A DNA stretch of 64,000 nucleotides. It comes from Takakia lepidozioides (Eukaryota; Plantae; Bryophyta). Location: positions 72,540,001 through 72,604,000 of the forward strand of contig CM060733.1 of the NCBI GenBank assembly GCA_030704615.1, in the 5' to 3' direction. Below are positions 24,636 to 36,702 of the stretch, piece by piece. The first letter of the stretch is position 1. The number at the start of each line of letters is the position of its first letter. The translations under genes were made by a program, and so were the position numbers. The notes under the pieces were generated by a model that had not been told where the DNA came from, made no database searches, and saw nothing but the letters and a program-made list of their open reading frames with translations.

Positions 24636-24959
24636 TTAATGTTGACCTCTATACCACTCCCACTGTCCATTTCGCAACATCTCTACTCTACCTCCCCATG
24701 TCACCTCTCGTGCCATGGTATTTATCTTCACCCACCTTCCTAACTCTCTTATCCAAAGTGCTATGGTTGTTCTTCCACCAGTATGTATTACTCTAAGACA
24801 TAAATCACCATTCGCTATTCTCCAAGCAGGGTTGAAGAAGTACAAACAAGGGTCTGCGTGTGCATTTGGTGTGCGTCTGCTGAAGCAAATCAGCACATCT
24901 CCAATGCTTGGTTCATCAGGAATCAGTGTGTGGTCTCTTCCTGCCATCAAACCATCCAA
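24636..24959 (-). CDS. Small ORF (107 aa) between PBS and gag of Gypsy-B
   Basis: Sense-strand ORF filling the 5' leader; function unknown. Confidence 0.35.
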   Translation of the reverse strand: MDGLMAGRDHTLIPDEPSIGDVLICFSRRTPNAHADPCLYFFNPAWRIANGDLCLRVIHTGGRTTIALWIRELGRWVKINTMAREVTWGGRVEMLRNGQWEWYRGQH

Positions 24960-25006
24960 TACCAGTCAAGATCCCTAGCTAGTAGAAATCAAGATTTAAC
25001 AACGTA

Positions 25007-25018
25007 GCTCTGATACCA
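25007..25018 (-). other. Primer binding site, tRNA-Met(i)
   Basis: TGGTATCAGAGC on minus. Confidence 0.9.
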
Positions 25019-27163
25019 AAAGAAGGGGCGTGAATCCCCTTCTGTATAATTCTAATTGTGCTCCCCTCCATTGATTGCGGAGCAAGAGGAAAGAAGCGTT
25101 CTTTCTAATCTGTCCAACTGTCGTCACTTGGCTGTGGGTTTCCCTCAGCTCCTCCGTGATCAGAGTTCAAGCAATCCTCATCCACGCCGCAGCGGAAGGG
25201 AAGACATGGATGGGGAGTCAATTTGTTGTTCACTCTTGGTTCTACCTTTTACACAACATCCCCTATCTGCTGGTGCGATGTATTCAGTGATGCAAATCAG
25301 CCCAATGGCAGCGGTAAACACGATCCTTTATGTGAAGCCCACTTGAGCAGTGACAGGTCGGAAATCCCCTTTTTGTAGTGGTGACACAGATTTAGGAGGA
25401 GGCAGCTCAGATCTTCATGGTCTGCAGGGGCACTGGTTTCTTTCAGGTTTCAGGTTTTCTTCATCTCATCTCCCCAAATTGGCCAACCCCCCCCCAACAG
25501 CCCTTTTGAATTTGCAGCTCTCTCCTTACCCAAATCCCATTTTTCACTCTCTTTCTTTCTTTTCCCTTTTTGTCTGTTTCACTATCTCTGTCTATGTCCC
25601 CAGGTTCCCCACTATTTCACAGCAGCAGATCTGTCATGTAATGTGAATGCACACGCTGCTAGGCATCCAGTGCGGCCAGCCTTGAAGTCATCCTCGGTCT
25701 CTCAAGACACAACCATCCCATCCCTCAGTCTCTCTCTCTTCCTTTTTCCAATGACCCATCGCTCAAACAGCTCTCATCTCTTTTGTCAGACTTCAACCCA
25801 AATACCCCAACATCCCTCTTTTCCCTTCAACTGTGGAACGCAGTTGTTCAGATCCTGATCCCATAGTGAAATCACCTTATCCTTTCCATGTTTTTTGCAA
25901 CTCCAGCTAACCATCATTGATCTCTCCAAACAAACAAGCCAGATCTACATTGGTTCCAGGTTATCACTACACACGGCAGCATGGTGTCCAGGTTTATGAC
26001 ACTGAATCAGAATGCAAGAATGAAGACAACAGTGACCATTCTGAATTCAGTGACGAACAGGCTCTCTCTTTCTCTCTCTCTTCACTTATTTCTCTCACTG
26101 TCATCACAACATCAGGTGCATCCATCCTTTCCACGTTCTGGTCTGAAGTCCAGAGTCTCCATTCCCATTTCAAAAACTTTTTCTTGTCACATGTCTCTAC
26201 CTTTTCTCTTCTGCCAAGATGGCAGTCCTAAATCTACCAAAGCAATTTCTAAGTCCACCCAAAAAGAAGCCTCTGTTCATCGACTTATCTGTTTTTATCC
26301 ACTAGTGAAGCGGCGGGTCTGCCTGTCAAGGTGGCACCTTGCCATCGCCCGTCAGCAGCCACTTCAACCCTTTCTCTTTGTCTTGATTCCAGACCTTATG
26401 ACGCCATGATGGCTCCCCTTCTTCACTTGGACCATCCTGTGGCCTGACAACCAGATTACGCTATGCAATTCTTCCTCTCGAATTGGCCTGGTCCTATAAC
26501 AAGGAGACACAAAGCAGCTAGAAGCTTAATGACAGAGAACCTGAGATACCATACAGCCAGAACTCCACATGCTTTACCTCCCCCCCATTGATTGTGCCCA
26601 GACTCTCTTCCCTGTGCTTTCAGCAGCTGGCCTTTTCCTTGCTTGCTCATCTGCCCATAACTATCATCTTCAAGGCACTGGCGGCAGTGGTGGTGCGCCG
26701 CTTTCCTTACATGCTTCTATCTCTTGGAATTGATCATCACTACGAGAGAGGCGGCACCGCTTCTTTCTACACAGAATACCAAGCAGAGGCGTCTTAATGC
26801 CGCTTCCTAAGCCAAGCAAGATCCCACCGCGCAGGTACAACCTCCTAACACAGGCTGCCCTGCTGACACCACTGCTTGCAACAGCCGCTACGAGCCATCC
26901 GTCGTCTTCCTCTTCGTTTTTCTCAACCCGCGATCTTTTAGGTCAAGAACCAGTGATGAAAACGTTCATCGCATGGATGAAAATGTGTACCGTCATGACT
27001 TAGCCATTTTCTCCTGGCAAAGCATAAGTTCAGTGCGCTCATGAAATTACCTACATGAAGGGATACATCCTTTCTGCAGTTGGGATGACGGGCACTCCGT
27101 CATAGTGATGTAGGTCGTAATGGTAAACATATGTGATGTTCTCTCCCCTGCATTCACACTACA
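25019..27163 (-). repeat. Gypsy-B 5' LTR
   Basis: Direct repeat of 16267-18432; abuts PBS without a terminal CA. Confidence 0.93.
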
Positions 27164-27547
27164 GCTTGTTATATGCAAAACTGTAGTGATATTGTAGAGC
27201 AGATTAGAGACACAATGGCTTCGGCCTGATACCTGATAAATCATAATCTGATACTTATACGATACAACCACACTGTGTAGAGAGATCTGAGTGAAGCTGT
27301 GGAATGAATGGATGGGTTGATGGAATCCGATAAATTGATGAAGCAAATTGATACTTAATTATCAATGGTAAGGTAGCTAACATGAATGCCAAAAGGGAAA
27401 CAAAGAGGAAACACCCCCATGATACACTAGCTGTAGGTCATGACTGTTTGTTCTGCGCGGGCTGAGTACTTAGAGATTTCCAACTCTTCTATCTTGGAGT
27501 TTCCGCCTCGGATAGCGAAGGGATGGGTGAGTAAAAGCCGCGCGACA

Positions 27548-30500
27548 AAGGCCATCCTTCCAGATCTCTGCAAAGGTCCTAGCCTCTGACATTCATCACA
27601 ACTCTGACAATACTCGTGTACATCTTTGAACAAAGTAGGCCACCAGTAACCTGCGAGTAGTATCTTCCTACTGGTAGTCTCTTCTCCAAAATGACCTCCA
27701 GCCACTCCTTTATGAACTTCCTCCAAGACTTTATTTACTTCATGGTGGTACAAGCATCGTTTTAGTACTCCATCAGGTCCTAGCTTATACATTCTGCTTC
27801 CTACCATAGTATAAGGTAAAGCTTTGATAGTGATTCTCTTCCTCTGCTCCTTACCATAACTAGGTGGGCATTGACCATGAGTAAGGTAGTATCTGATTGG
27901 CCACTGCCAATCTAACCATTCATCTGCACTTCCTTGCACCTCCATTATAAATAAACTCGCATCAGGTAACTGATCGTCCACTCCTGTGGCGGCCTCTCCT
28001 GTTGTTAGTCGTGACAAATGATCTGCTACAAGATGCAAATGGCCAGGCTTGTAAATAACCTCGAACTCAAACTCATGCAAGATTATTAACCACCTCGCTA
28101 TCCTTCCACTTATCAAAGGTTTGTTCACCAGATATATCAGAGCCTGGTGATCCACATAAAACATAAACTTTCTTCCCAATAGGTAATGCCTAAATTTCTT
28201 GACTGCATAAATCATTGCCAGTGCTTCTGTTTCAGTTGTGCTATAGTTCCTTTCAGCACTGTTCATCAACCTGCTAGCATAGTACACATGTGAATCTATA
28301 TTTCCTGTAACATTTTGGGCTAACACCGCTCCCAACGCTTCTCCTGATGCATCGCACTGAACATGAAATACTACATGCCAGTGAGGGTTAATCAGCACAG
28401 GTGTAGTTGTTACTGACAGTGTAAGTTCCTCAAACGCCTGTTGACATTCAGCTGTCCAGGCAAACACTGCATCTTTCTTCATAAGCTTGCTCAATGGTGC
28501 TGCTATTTGTGCATACATTTTGACAAATCTTCTGTAATAACTGGTTTGCCCAAGGAATCTCCTTAAACTCTTAACATTCACTGGTGGTGGAGAGGCTTTA
28601 ATAGACTCTGTCTTCCTGGGATCCACAAGAAGTCCCTTCTTACACACAATGTGTCCCAGAAGCACTCCTGAGTTCACACAGAAAGTACACTTCTCTGGAT
28701 TCAAGCCCAGACCTCTCATCCTGCATCTGGCCAGACATAACTCCAATTTATGCAAGTGCTCATTCTTAGAGCTGTACACACTGAAATCATCCAAGAACAC
28801 CTGCATGAAATCATCCAGATACTCATGAAAAGATTCACTTATTACTCTCTGAAAGGTTGCTGGTGCATTACAAAGTCCAAAGGGCATGACTTTGTATGCA
28901 TAAGTACCCCAGTCTGTAATGAAAGCTGTCTTTCCTTCTTCTTCTGCCACTTGCACTTGATTATAACCACTGAAACCATCCATGAATGAGTACATCTCAT
29001 GGCCTGCCACAGTGTCCAATACTGCTTCTGTGAATGGCAAAGGGAAAGGATCTTTCTTTGTACAAGCATTCAGCTTCTTGTAGTTCACACATACTCTTAG
29101 TTTACCATTCTTCTTGGGAACTATAACAATGGGTGACAACCAAGTTGTATACTCTATTGGGTATATAAACTTAGCCTCAGCCAACTTCTTAATCTCTTCT
29201 CCAACCTTCTGTGCGTAGTTGGGATTCATTCTATACCTCGCCTGCTTGATCGGTACTGACCCTGGTTCCTGTTCAATCTTATGCTGACAGACTTCAGGTG
29301 GTATCCCTTTTAGATCCTCATAGCTCCAAGCAAATACATCTCTGTATTTGATGAACAAGCTTTTAGCTTCTTCAAAGAATTCCGGTTCCAAATCAGCTCA
29401 TACTTTCACCATCCTCGGTTCCTCTTTAGTTCCCACATTCACTTCCCTCACCTGCTCATCAGCTGTGATTGTCCAACCAGTCACCACTTCATCCTGTAAG
29501 CTCACAGTGGCTGGTTCCTCTAGGATTTCCATTTCTCCTTCTCTTTCTTCATAGAAATGTGATGTGTAACTGCTGGTTTCCTCTTCAGTTGGTGTTGCTG
29601 TCACTACACCACAGCAGATACCTTTTAAACAACTTAGGCTTTCCAGCCGCATCTCTGCAACCTGCTCCCACTCTGGGTGTGCAGCAAATAGGGTAGGTTC
29701 TTGCTCCTCATCCAGTCCTCCTTTCCAGTCATACTCTCTGACTCCTCGAGGTCTTCTCGTTGCAGGTAATCTAATAGATTTCTTTGTGGTAATTTGTATC
29801 TCGTGTATCCCATTATGCACGGTTAGTAACTGAGAATTCCAGTCATGGAATACCCTGGCCTGTTTCAGCCACGGACGTCCCAATAATAAGGAGTAAGCCT
29901 CCATGACTTCATCCATCTTCAACACAGTTACTGTTATCATAAAGATCATCTTCTGTATCTGTATCTTAACTCCTCTTATTAATCCCAATGGCTGTACACT
30001 TCTTTGATCTGCCATTGTTACTGTAAATGGGGCTGGTTTCATGTTACTTAGACCAAGCTTCTTTCTTAATTGGTCTGTCATGATATTTACTCCAGAACCT
30101 CCATCTATCAGTACATCAGTTAGTTCTGTGCTTCCAATTCTCAATTGGATTACTGGCATAGAATCATCAAAGTCCATGACTGTTTCTCGCCCTTCCGGCT
30201 TCACATTATAACTGGTCACCTTGCTGTTCAGGTCTGTGTTTCCTGTCTCCTGGGCAATTCGATTGATTGCTTGATACAGTCTGTGCCTACAATAAGGTGC
30301 CACAGCCAATAGCTGTCCAATGGTAATCTCTGCTTTGGTCTGGCATATTACTTCAGCCAAAGTCTCTTCATTACTTTGCATGCCTGCATCTTCTTTCTTC
30401 CTTTCATCCTCACTCCCTTCTTCTTCTTCATCAGAATCAGAGGAATCTGCCATAGGAATATCAGTACTCTTTTGCATTTCCCTTATGGTATCTGCCACTT

Positions 30501-31103
30501 CCTTGTGCAGTTCCTTCTCATCTTTCCAAGTCCCTTCATCTTCAGGCATATCACTGCCATCTTCATTATCATCATCTTCCTCAGCTAGTGGAGGTATTAG
30601 TTTGGCTTTGCTTCTGGTTACTATCATTGTACTTACTTCTGGTACAACACATGGCCTAACCATGTGAGCTGCCACCACTGGGCCTCATTCACAGGAGCTC
30701 TCATCTCATTCTGGTGTCTTATCCAGAATGAACAGGCTGCCCTGCGATGTCCTGGCTGATTACAATAGTAACATAGTTCTTCACCATTGGGTCCTCGCCC
30801 TTGGTCTGTTCTTGGATTATTTCTGTAATCCTGATTCCCGGGCTGGTAATTCCCCCTTGGATTACCCTGATAGTTGCCTCTGGAATTTCCTTGGTAATTT
30901 CCTCTTGAATTACCTCTCCCTTCCATGCCATTGTTATAACCACCAGACCTACCATAGTGGTCCTGATCACTGTTTCTTCTTGGCTGGGGCTGCACCTGAT
31001 GCACCCCTACTTGCCTAGGTTCTCTTGCAGCTGTCCTTCTGTTGTAGTAACAATTCTCAGTAGAATGGTTATCCATTTTACAGATAGTACAGTATTTCTC
31101 CTT
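27548..31103 (-). pseudogene. Gypsy-A gag C-terminus, protease, RT, RNase H, integrase zinc finger
   Basis: LIDGGSG, FLDD, CDASG..VDHQAL..ADHLSR, HKGVAGGH..CDEC; stop at 29398. Confidence 0.9.
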
Positions 31104-31167
31104 GAGGTTTACTATTTCATGAGCGCATGAGCCCATGAGCCTATGAGCCTATGAGCTCATGAGCGGA
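31104..31167 (+). repeat. Left TIR and subterminal (C/T)ATGAGC heptamer repeats
   Basis: catgagcgcatgagcccatgagcctatgagcctatgagctcatgagc; inverted counterparts at 44720-44793 and 52441-52498. Confidence 0.85.
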
Positions 31168-31793
31168 CATCCGCGGAATTGGAATTTTCCTGCCTTTATT
31201 GACGGTGTTATGTCCTCTTACCTCGGTAATAGGGTCTGTTTCTCCTGGTCCAGGATGCGGAATGAGGAATTTCGGCGCCGTTATTCCCAAGAGCAGTGTG
31301 CTAAAATGGTGTTTTGAAGACATCCACCGGGGTATTTCGGCACCGAAATTACCTCTTAAAATGTGATATAGTGCGGTATTTAATGGCGCAGAACGGGCAA
31401 TTTCGGCGCCGAAATACCCAAGTGGAATGTGGTGAAGTGCCTTGTGTTGAAGGCTTCCATCGCAATATTTTGGTGCAGTAATTCATCCGTGGAATTTTTG
31501 AGGCCCATATAACGAAGGCGCAAACTGGGCTATTTCGGCGCCAAATTTCCCAATAGGAATGTTAGAAACGGCAGGGTTTTCATGGCTTCAAGTTCCGGGT
31601 CGATGGTGTGCATAAATTACTTGTAGGGTTCTTCACTGAAGTTTGCGTCTCTTCTGCTTTTATTATAGATTTTGGTTGGCGGAAGAAATGTAGGGAATGG
31701 ACAAGCAGTCTGAACACAATGATTTTTCAAATCGTCAATATATTCATTAAGTGTTTCAGAACTGTACAACAAAAGGATCCAAATGAGACTTTG

Positions 31794-32411
31794 CTATGGT
31801 GAGGATCCGCTATCACTGTCCGATGCATCCCCGCCCTCATGCAAGGATGGCTGCCTTCCACCTGCCTCCGAACCTGCACTGCCGCTACCGCTGTTACTCT
31901 GAGAAGCCCTCCCCTCAAAAATACCATCCTCACCAGCCGGAACTGTCCACCTGGGTGCGGAAGTCTCCTCGACATTCCCCTCGCTCTCGGACGCGGATTC
32001 TATTACGAACTTCCCTACTCTGCCTTTCACAATTCTATGTTTGGCCTCACGCCTCATTATAATTCTCTGCTCATTCCCGTATGTCAATTGCTCTAACCGA
32101 GTAGGCCTATCCTCCCTCCTGATGGCTTCTTTGGCAGCCGTGTCTGCATACGCTGGTAGAAAAAAGGGCTTCTGGGGACTCGCGAGAAACGATTTTCTGG
32201 CAAAGAATGGCCGATGCGATTCTGTCTCCTCCTCTGCAACAGGGTCCGATTTGAGCAAGTCTCCCAGCTTCTCCTCGTCGGACGACTCTGCAAGGCTGAG
32301 TGTACGCACAAACATAGAATGAAGTACATTAGAGAATTCAAACAGGGAATCATCGGCAGGTTGCATGGTCCCTACAACCGAAACCAATACACTTACTATG
32401 GTGCAACTCAC
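31794..32411 (-). CDS. Possible terminal exon or separate ORF downstream of the ParB-MTase gene
   Basis: 205-codon frame, also open in copy 2 (49900-50568); splice connection unresolved. Confidence 0.4.
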   Translation of the reverse strand: MSCTIVSVLVSVVGTMQPADDSLFEFSNVLHSMFVRTLSLAESSDEEKLGDLLKSDPVAEEETESHRPFFARKSFLASPQKPFFLPAYADTAAKEAIRREDRPTRLEQLTYGNEQRIIMRREAKHRIVKGRVGKFVIESASESEGNVEETSAPRWTVPAGEDGIFEGRASQSNSGSGSAGSEAGGRQPSLHEGGDASDSDSGSSP

Positions 32412-35400
32412 TCGAAGACAGGCATTGGGGGAAGCGGCTTCGGGCGCCCCTGCATCGAACGAATTTCCCGGACTTCCTCCTCTTCATCTTCCTCCTCTCC
32501 TTCCACGTCCTCTTCTGCGTTTTTGGGATCCTCAGTCGGAGGCAGACGCTGAAGGCCCGCCAAATTGTAATCGTACAAGGCCGTATCCCCCTCAAATGAG
32601 AACACAAATCGGTTCGACATCCTTCCCGCCCACATACAGGCACCTGCGAATTCATACGACAACCACAGCCAAACTCAAGAATGAGTCGCTTCCTCGCACA
32701 AGCAAACATACAGAAACGGAAATGGTGTCAATTTCAGTGCCGCATTCAATTAACGTTCTCACCTGTATTTGCAGTGACGTCAAGGACCCTGCCTTCAACA
32801 TCCGTACACGTTTCCATGAGCGTCTGGATGAATGCAGGACTCCTGGTCCTGCCATACCTCCATGGCTTGCCCGACAAATCACAAAGAATGTCCTTCTCTC
32901 CCACATGGTTGAACAGGACGTTATACTCCAGTGGATCAACTGTGGAATCAACAAGTCTTCCTGCTTCACGTAATTTGAATTTCGAATGTTCCTTCACGAA
33001 GCAAAATGCCTGAAAGATAAGAGTCTGCAGAGAAGGAAATGAAAACGTCAGAGGTGGCCTACATGTACAGGGGCAATTTTGGCCAAGAAATTGACATAGC
33101 AGAGGAGAACCACAGCATACCTTCTGGCCATCGTTGAGAAGACCCTGCGTGTTGATGCAAGTCCAGATCTTTTTCAGGATGGGTGCTGCACTTCTCCCCG
33201 TCCATACTTTGATATCATTCTCAGTGACTTCTCCATCGGCTGCTAGCACAACAACACAGCCAACGTCGTCCAACATGTTGGCTGCGAACCCGAATGTGTG
33301 GCTCCAGTATCGTTCGTCGTACTTGTTCCACCAGGGAACTGAGCCCAGCCCCAGTATCTCCTGCCCATCCGGGATATCCACAAGGATCATGTCGATGGAG
33401 GCTTTCACCGCCCTGCCCCCGACTGTGCTCTTTTTGCCGTGGCTCATCGCCACAAAATACTCCATCATCTTTGTGTAGCCAGGAGTGTCCTCCATATCAT
33501 TGCCAGTGGCCTTCCTCTTCCCCTTCCCCTGGTGGGCCTCGATCGCCTTCCTCAAACTCGTTATCTCCAGCCTTCTGGTCAGAGCAGTTAGGAAATTTTC
33601 ATTAACACACTCCACAATTGTGGGTGTTTTGAGGACTTCCCTGCCCGCAATCTGCACCGCACGGTAGGGTCTGCCAGGTGCATCCTCGTATAGTGATCTC
33701 TTTGCAGCCGACCCCCCGGAGCGCTGGCCCTTGTGAATTTTCGGACGAGGTGTGGCCCCCTGGGTGTTTTCCTGCTGGAAATCGTCGTCCGAATCCTCCT
33801 CATCTGGCTGACTGTTTTGCTGCTTCTTCTTCTTGGGTGTGGGGGTCTTCGTCTCTTGCCCCTGTTTGCGCGTTCTTTTCTTCCTGTCCTTGGGCTGCTC
33901 AGCTGCCTGCTTCTCCATCTGCTCCTTCGCCAACGCTGCCGCCTTGGCTGACTTTCTCAGTGCTTTCTGCTTGGCTGCCTCCTCTGCTTTCAGTCTTTCC
34001 GCGTCCTCTGGTTGGGGATCCGATTGCGCCTTCATAGCCCTGGCATTCGCTTCCTTCTTCAAGTTAACCTCCGAGAGGTCAACGGTCCCACTTGGGAGAT
34101 CCACATACCAGGGGCAGTTTACCAAATGCTCGGCATGCCACTCCTTCGCCATTACTTCTGTGTACATCGTTCCACGACCTCCAGGTGTCCTCCACGCCAG
34201 GAAGAATGGTGGAACCCTTTGAATGGCTCCGGACGGAATGAGTGCAAAGTTTATGTACCTGCAATCACGAGGCAGTTCAACAAAAATCATTCTACCGATG
34301 CATCATGCAAGTGGAAGTTGTCAATGCACAAGGTATTTCGGCACCGAAATACGGAGTGGACCGTGCCCCAATTACCCAGAACTCACATCTTGCAGAGGTA
34401 TATTTCGGCGCCGCAATATCCATCGCTGCTTAACCAAATCATCTAAACTGCAAATAGGGGGATGCATTGTCAGCAGATTACCTGAACAGGACACGCATTG
34501 CCGCTTTGTCGGCACCCTCCTGCTCTTCGATGTATACGCTGCGTCTTGCCTTTGCAATTTCTCTGAAAAAGAGGTTTGCGAAGCGCCCTCGCCACGACTG
34601 CACGTAGTTCTCCATTGTCTCAGGCTTCGTCCAGTCGATCTGTAACTTGAAAGTGGTGGTGTTGCAGTCCAATTGCTCCTGGGCGTGGGTCAGTACCTGC
34701 ATCATGGCAGGTTTCCAAAACATTCATGATTTTGAAATTGCGACGATGTCCAACACAGAATAGGAGAAAATTATACCTGATGCCACCAAGTCATGACATT
34801 GAGCCAGTCGTTCATTTTGTCGTCTGTTGGCTCGATGGGAAAGTGGTACAGCAGCTTCGTGTTTGTATGGCCGTTCCAGATTCGCAGCCACCTCGTCTGC
34901 AGCCACCTCACATCGGTCAGACAAGAGCTCCAACATAAGAATCGCGAGAAGTCACAAAACAAGAATAAACACATGCTTACCTTCTCCGCCGGCTCAACAC
35001 AGGACACTGCGATGTGATGAAGTTTCTCCATGGACATTTCCGGTTTCATGGGTCTGGAGTAATGCAGTCCTATCTCCGCCAGGAACTCGGCACCAAGACC
35101 AGGGTCAGCGATTGCAACTTGCTTAACAAGTTTGGACCTGTACTTGGTCCGGGATTGCTTCCCTGCCTGCACAATATGACTCTCTATCGACGCGTCCGCC
35201 TTGTTGGGGGCATCATTCTCAAAGAACTGCCTTTTGGCATAGGCCAAGTCATCCCTGATGTTCGTCTGCATTCCCATACCCAGCAGATATAGTCAGGCCA
35301 CGGATCCTTGCAACAAATAACATTAAATTGATACTGAAATTTGAGATGAACCTCACCGAATAGAGGATCTCCACCATGGCGTCCAGTGTTGGTCGGTACC

Positions 35401-36702
35401 AGGTGCGATCTGCTTTCGCTAGGGACTTCCTGTACAGCTCGGGATCGAGGGACTTTTGGAAGTCCGTCAGCGGAGCTGTCCCCACTTCTTGCACTCTGTA
35501 GAGCGTATGTGCCAGATGAGTTTCCACGAAGGCCCTCTCTGTTACCCTGCCATGGAGAAAAAAACAACATGAAAATATGATTTCGGCACAGCAATCCAAT
35601 TTCCAGTTCATAGAGTGCATGACAGTGGTGAACATTGCCTATTTCGGCGCCGCAATAGGCAGTACACAAGGATGTAATTGTATACTTACAGATTTATATC
35701 CGCCATGGCACCCTTCAACAGTCCTCTGTCCCTGACGTCCACCTTCACGACAATGCAGTCCACCATGTAATGCCAACTGATATCTTGCGGATGCATTTCA
35801 GCAATGTACTCTGTCCAGGCAAGCATCCTGTGGTTCCCGTCCCAAACGAAGAACATCTTCCCTTCCATGTGTGCGAATGTGGGATTAGTCTTCAGATAGG
35901 CTTCAAACTCGGCATTAACAGTGTGCCAGTGGGGGCCCCAATTCTGAAGCTCCTCTGCAGTGGGGCCCCTTGTGACACCCTGGTCATTCTCAATGGAAAC
36001 GTAGAATGCTGCCGACCCCCGTCTGTACCCTTCTCTGAAGTTGTGCTTCAGTCGATCGATATCCCCTGGCAGTGCTTGCCTTACAACTGGAAGGCTTACC
36101 ATGCGACACAAAGGAACTTTAAGGTTCTCGGGATACACCATGGAGCCCAAAACGCGGCCTATGTTGCTATGAGTCTCTGCCAGCAACCTGTTTGCTGCTA
36201 TGTTCATGTCTCGTGCGCTCATGAGCATACCCGCCACCAGTTTCTTACTTGTATCACCTCTGTCACTTCCCTCACCCCTCTCACCAGCCTGTGTACTGTC
36301 CTGGAGGTTTTGCTCCTCCGCAAGATCCAGCAGGTTCTGATCGTCGCCAAGTCGTACCACGTTATCGTCCTCTCCTTCTGTCAGTTGAATGGGCCGCCCT
36401 TCTGCAGATCCGACTCCCACATCTCCAGCGGCCTCCACCGCATCTGTGTTTTCTGAAATTGACTGCAAACCCAATACCTCCGCTTCCAGTCTCCCTAGGG
36501 GTTTTACTGGCGAAGCCATGGGCTCCTTCTGCTTTCTCGGCTTCCGAACTCTAGGTGGGCTTTTCGGAGGCGATATCTGAGGTGTTGAATGAGGACTCGT
36601 CTGCCTCGATGCACTTCCACCTTGTGAGCGCAGCACCCGGGCAGGAGTATCCAAAGTTGACTGTGTTGCCTCGCCCCCCTGCGATCCCTCCCCAGCTCCC
36701 AT
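32408..36702 (-). CDS. Multi-exon ParB-like domain / N6A-N4C DNA methyltransferase-like fusion protein (~1150 aa)
   Basis: GT-AG exons 36702-35690, 35546-35357, 35265-34981, 34896-34777, 34696-34482, 34258-33121, 33024-32763, 32643-32408 join in frame; FFVWDGNHRMLAW (ParB/Srx-like); SIDMILVDIPDG (motif IV-like); RSPAFIQTLMETCTDVEGRVLDVTANTGACMWAGRMSNRFVFSFE (motifs X, I, II-like). Confidence 0.7.

Larger units (their letters stand above)
16257..27163 (-). mobile_element. Gypsy-B, full-length Ty3/gypsy LTR retrotransposon (10.9 kb)
   Basis: Near-identical ~2.15 kb LTRs, terminal inverted TGTAGTGTGAA/TTCACACTACA, 4-bp TSD GCTT (16253-16256, 27164-27167), gag-PR-RT-RH-INT order. Confidence 0.95.
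12029..27547 (+). mobile_element. 3' part of a plus-strand Gypsy-A copy; 3' LTR (15616-16256 + 27164-27547) split by Gypsy-B
   Basis: Extra ORF, PPT 15599-15612, LTR start TGTTAG at 15616 and end GCGCGACA at 27547. Confidence 0.9.

Noticed and set aside
27427-27547. Novel C-terminus on pol ORF 27427-29391
   Set aside because: Read-through into the inserted LTR
32408-36702. Bacterial or prophage contamination explaining ParB-MTase
   Set aside because: Spliceosomal-type introns, location within a TSD-flanked MULE, second copy in the window
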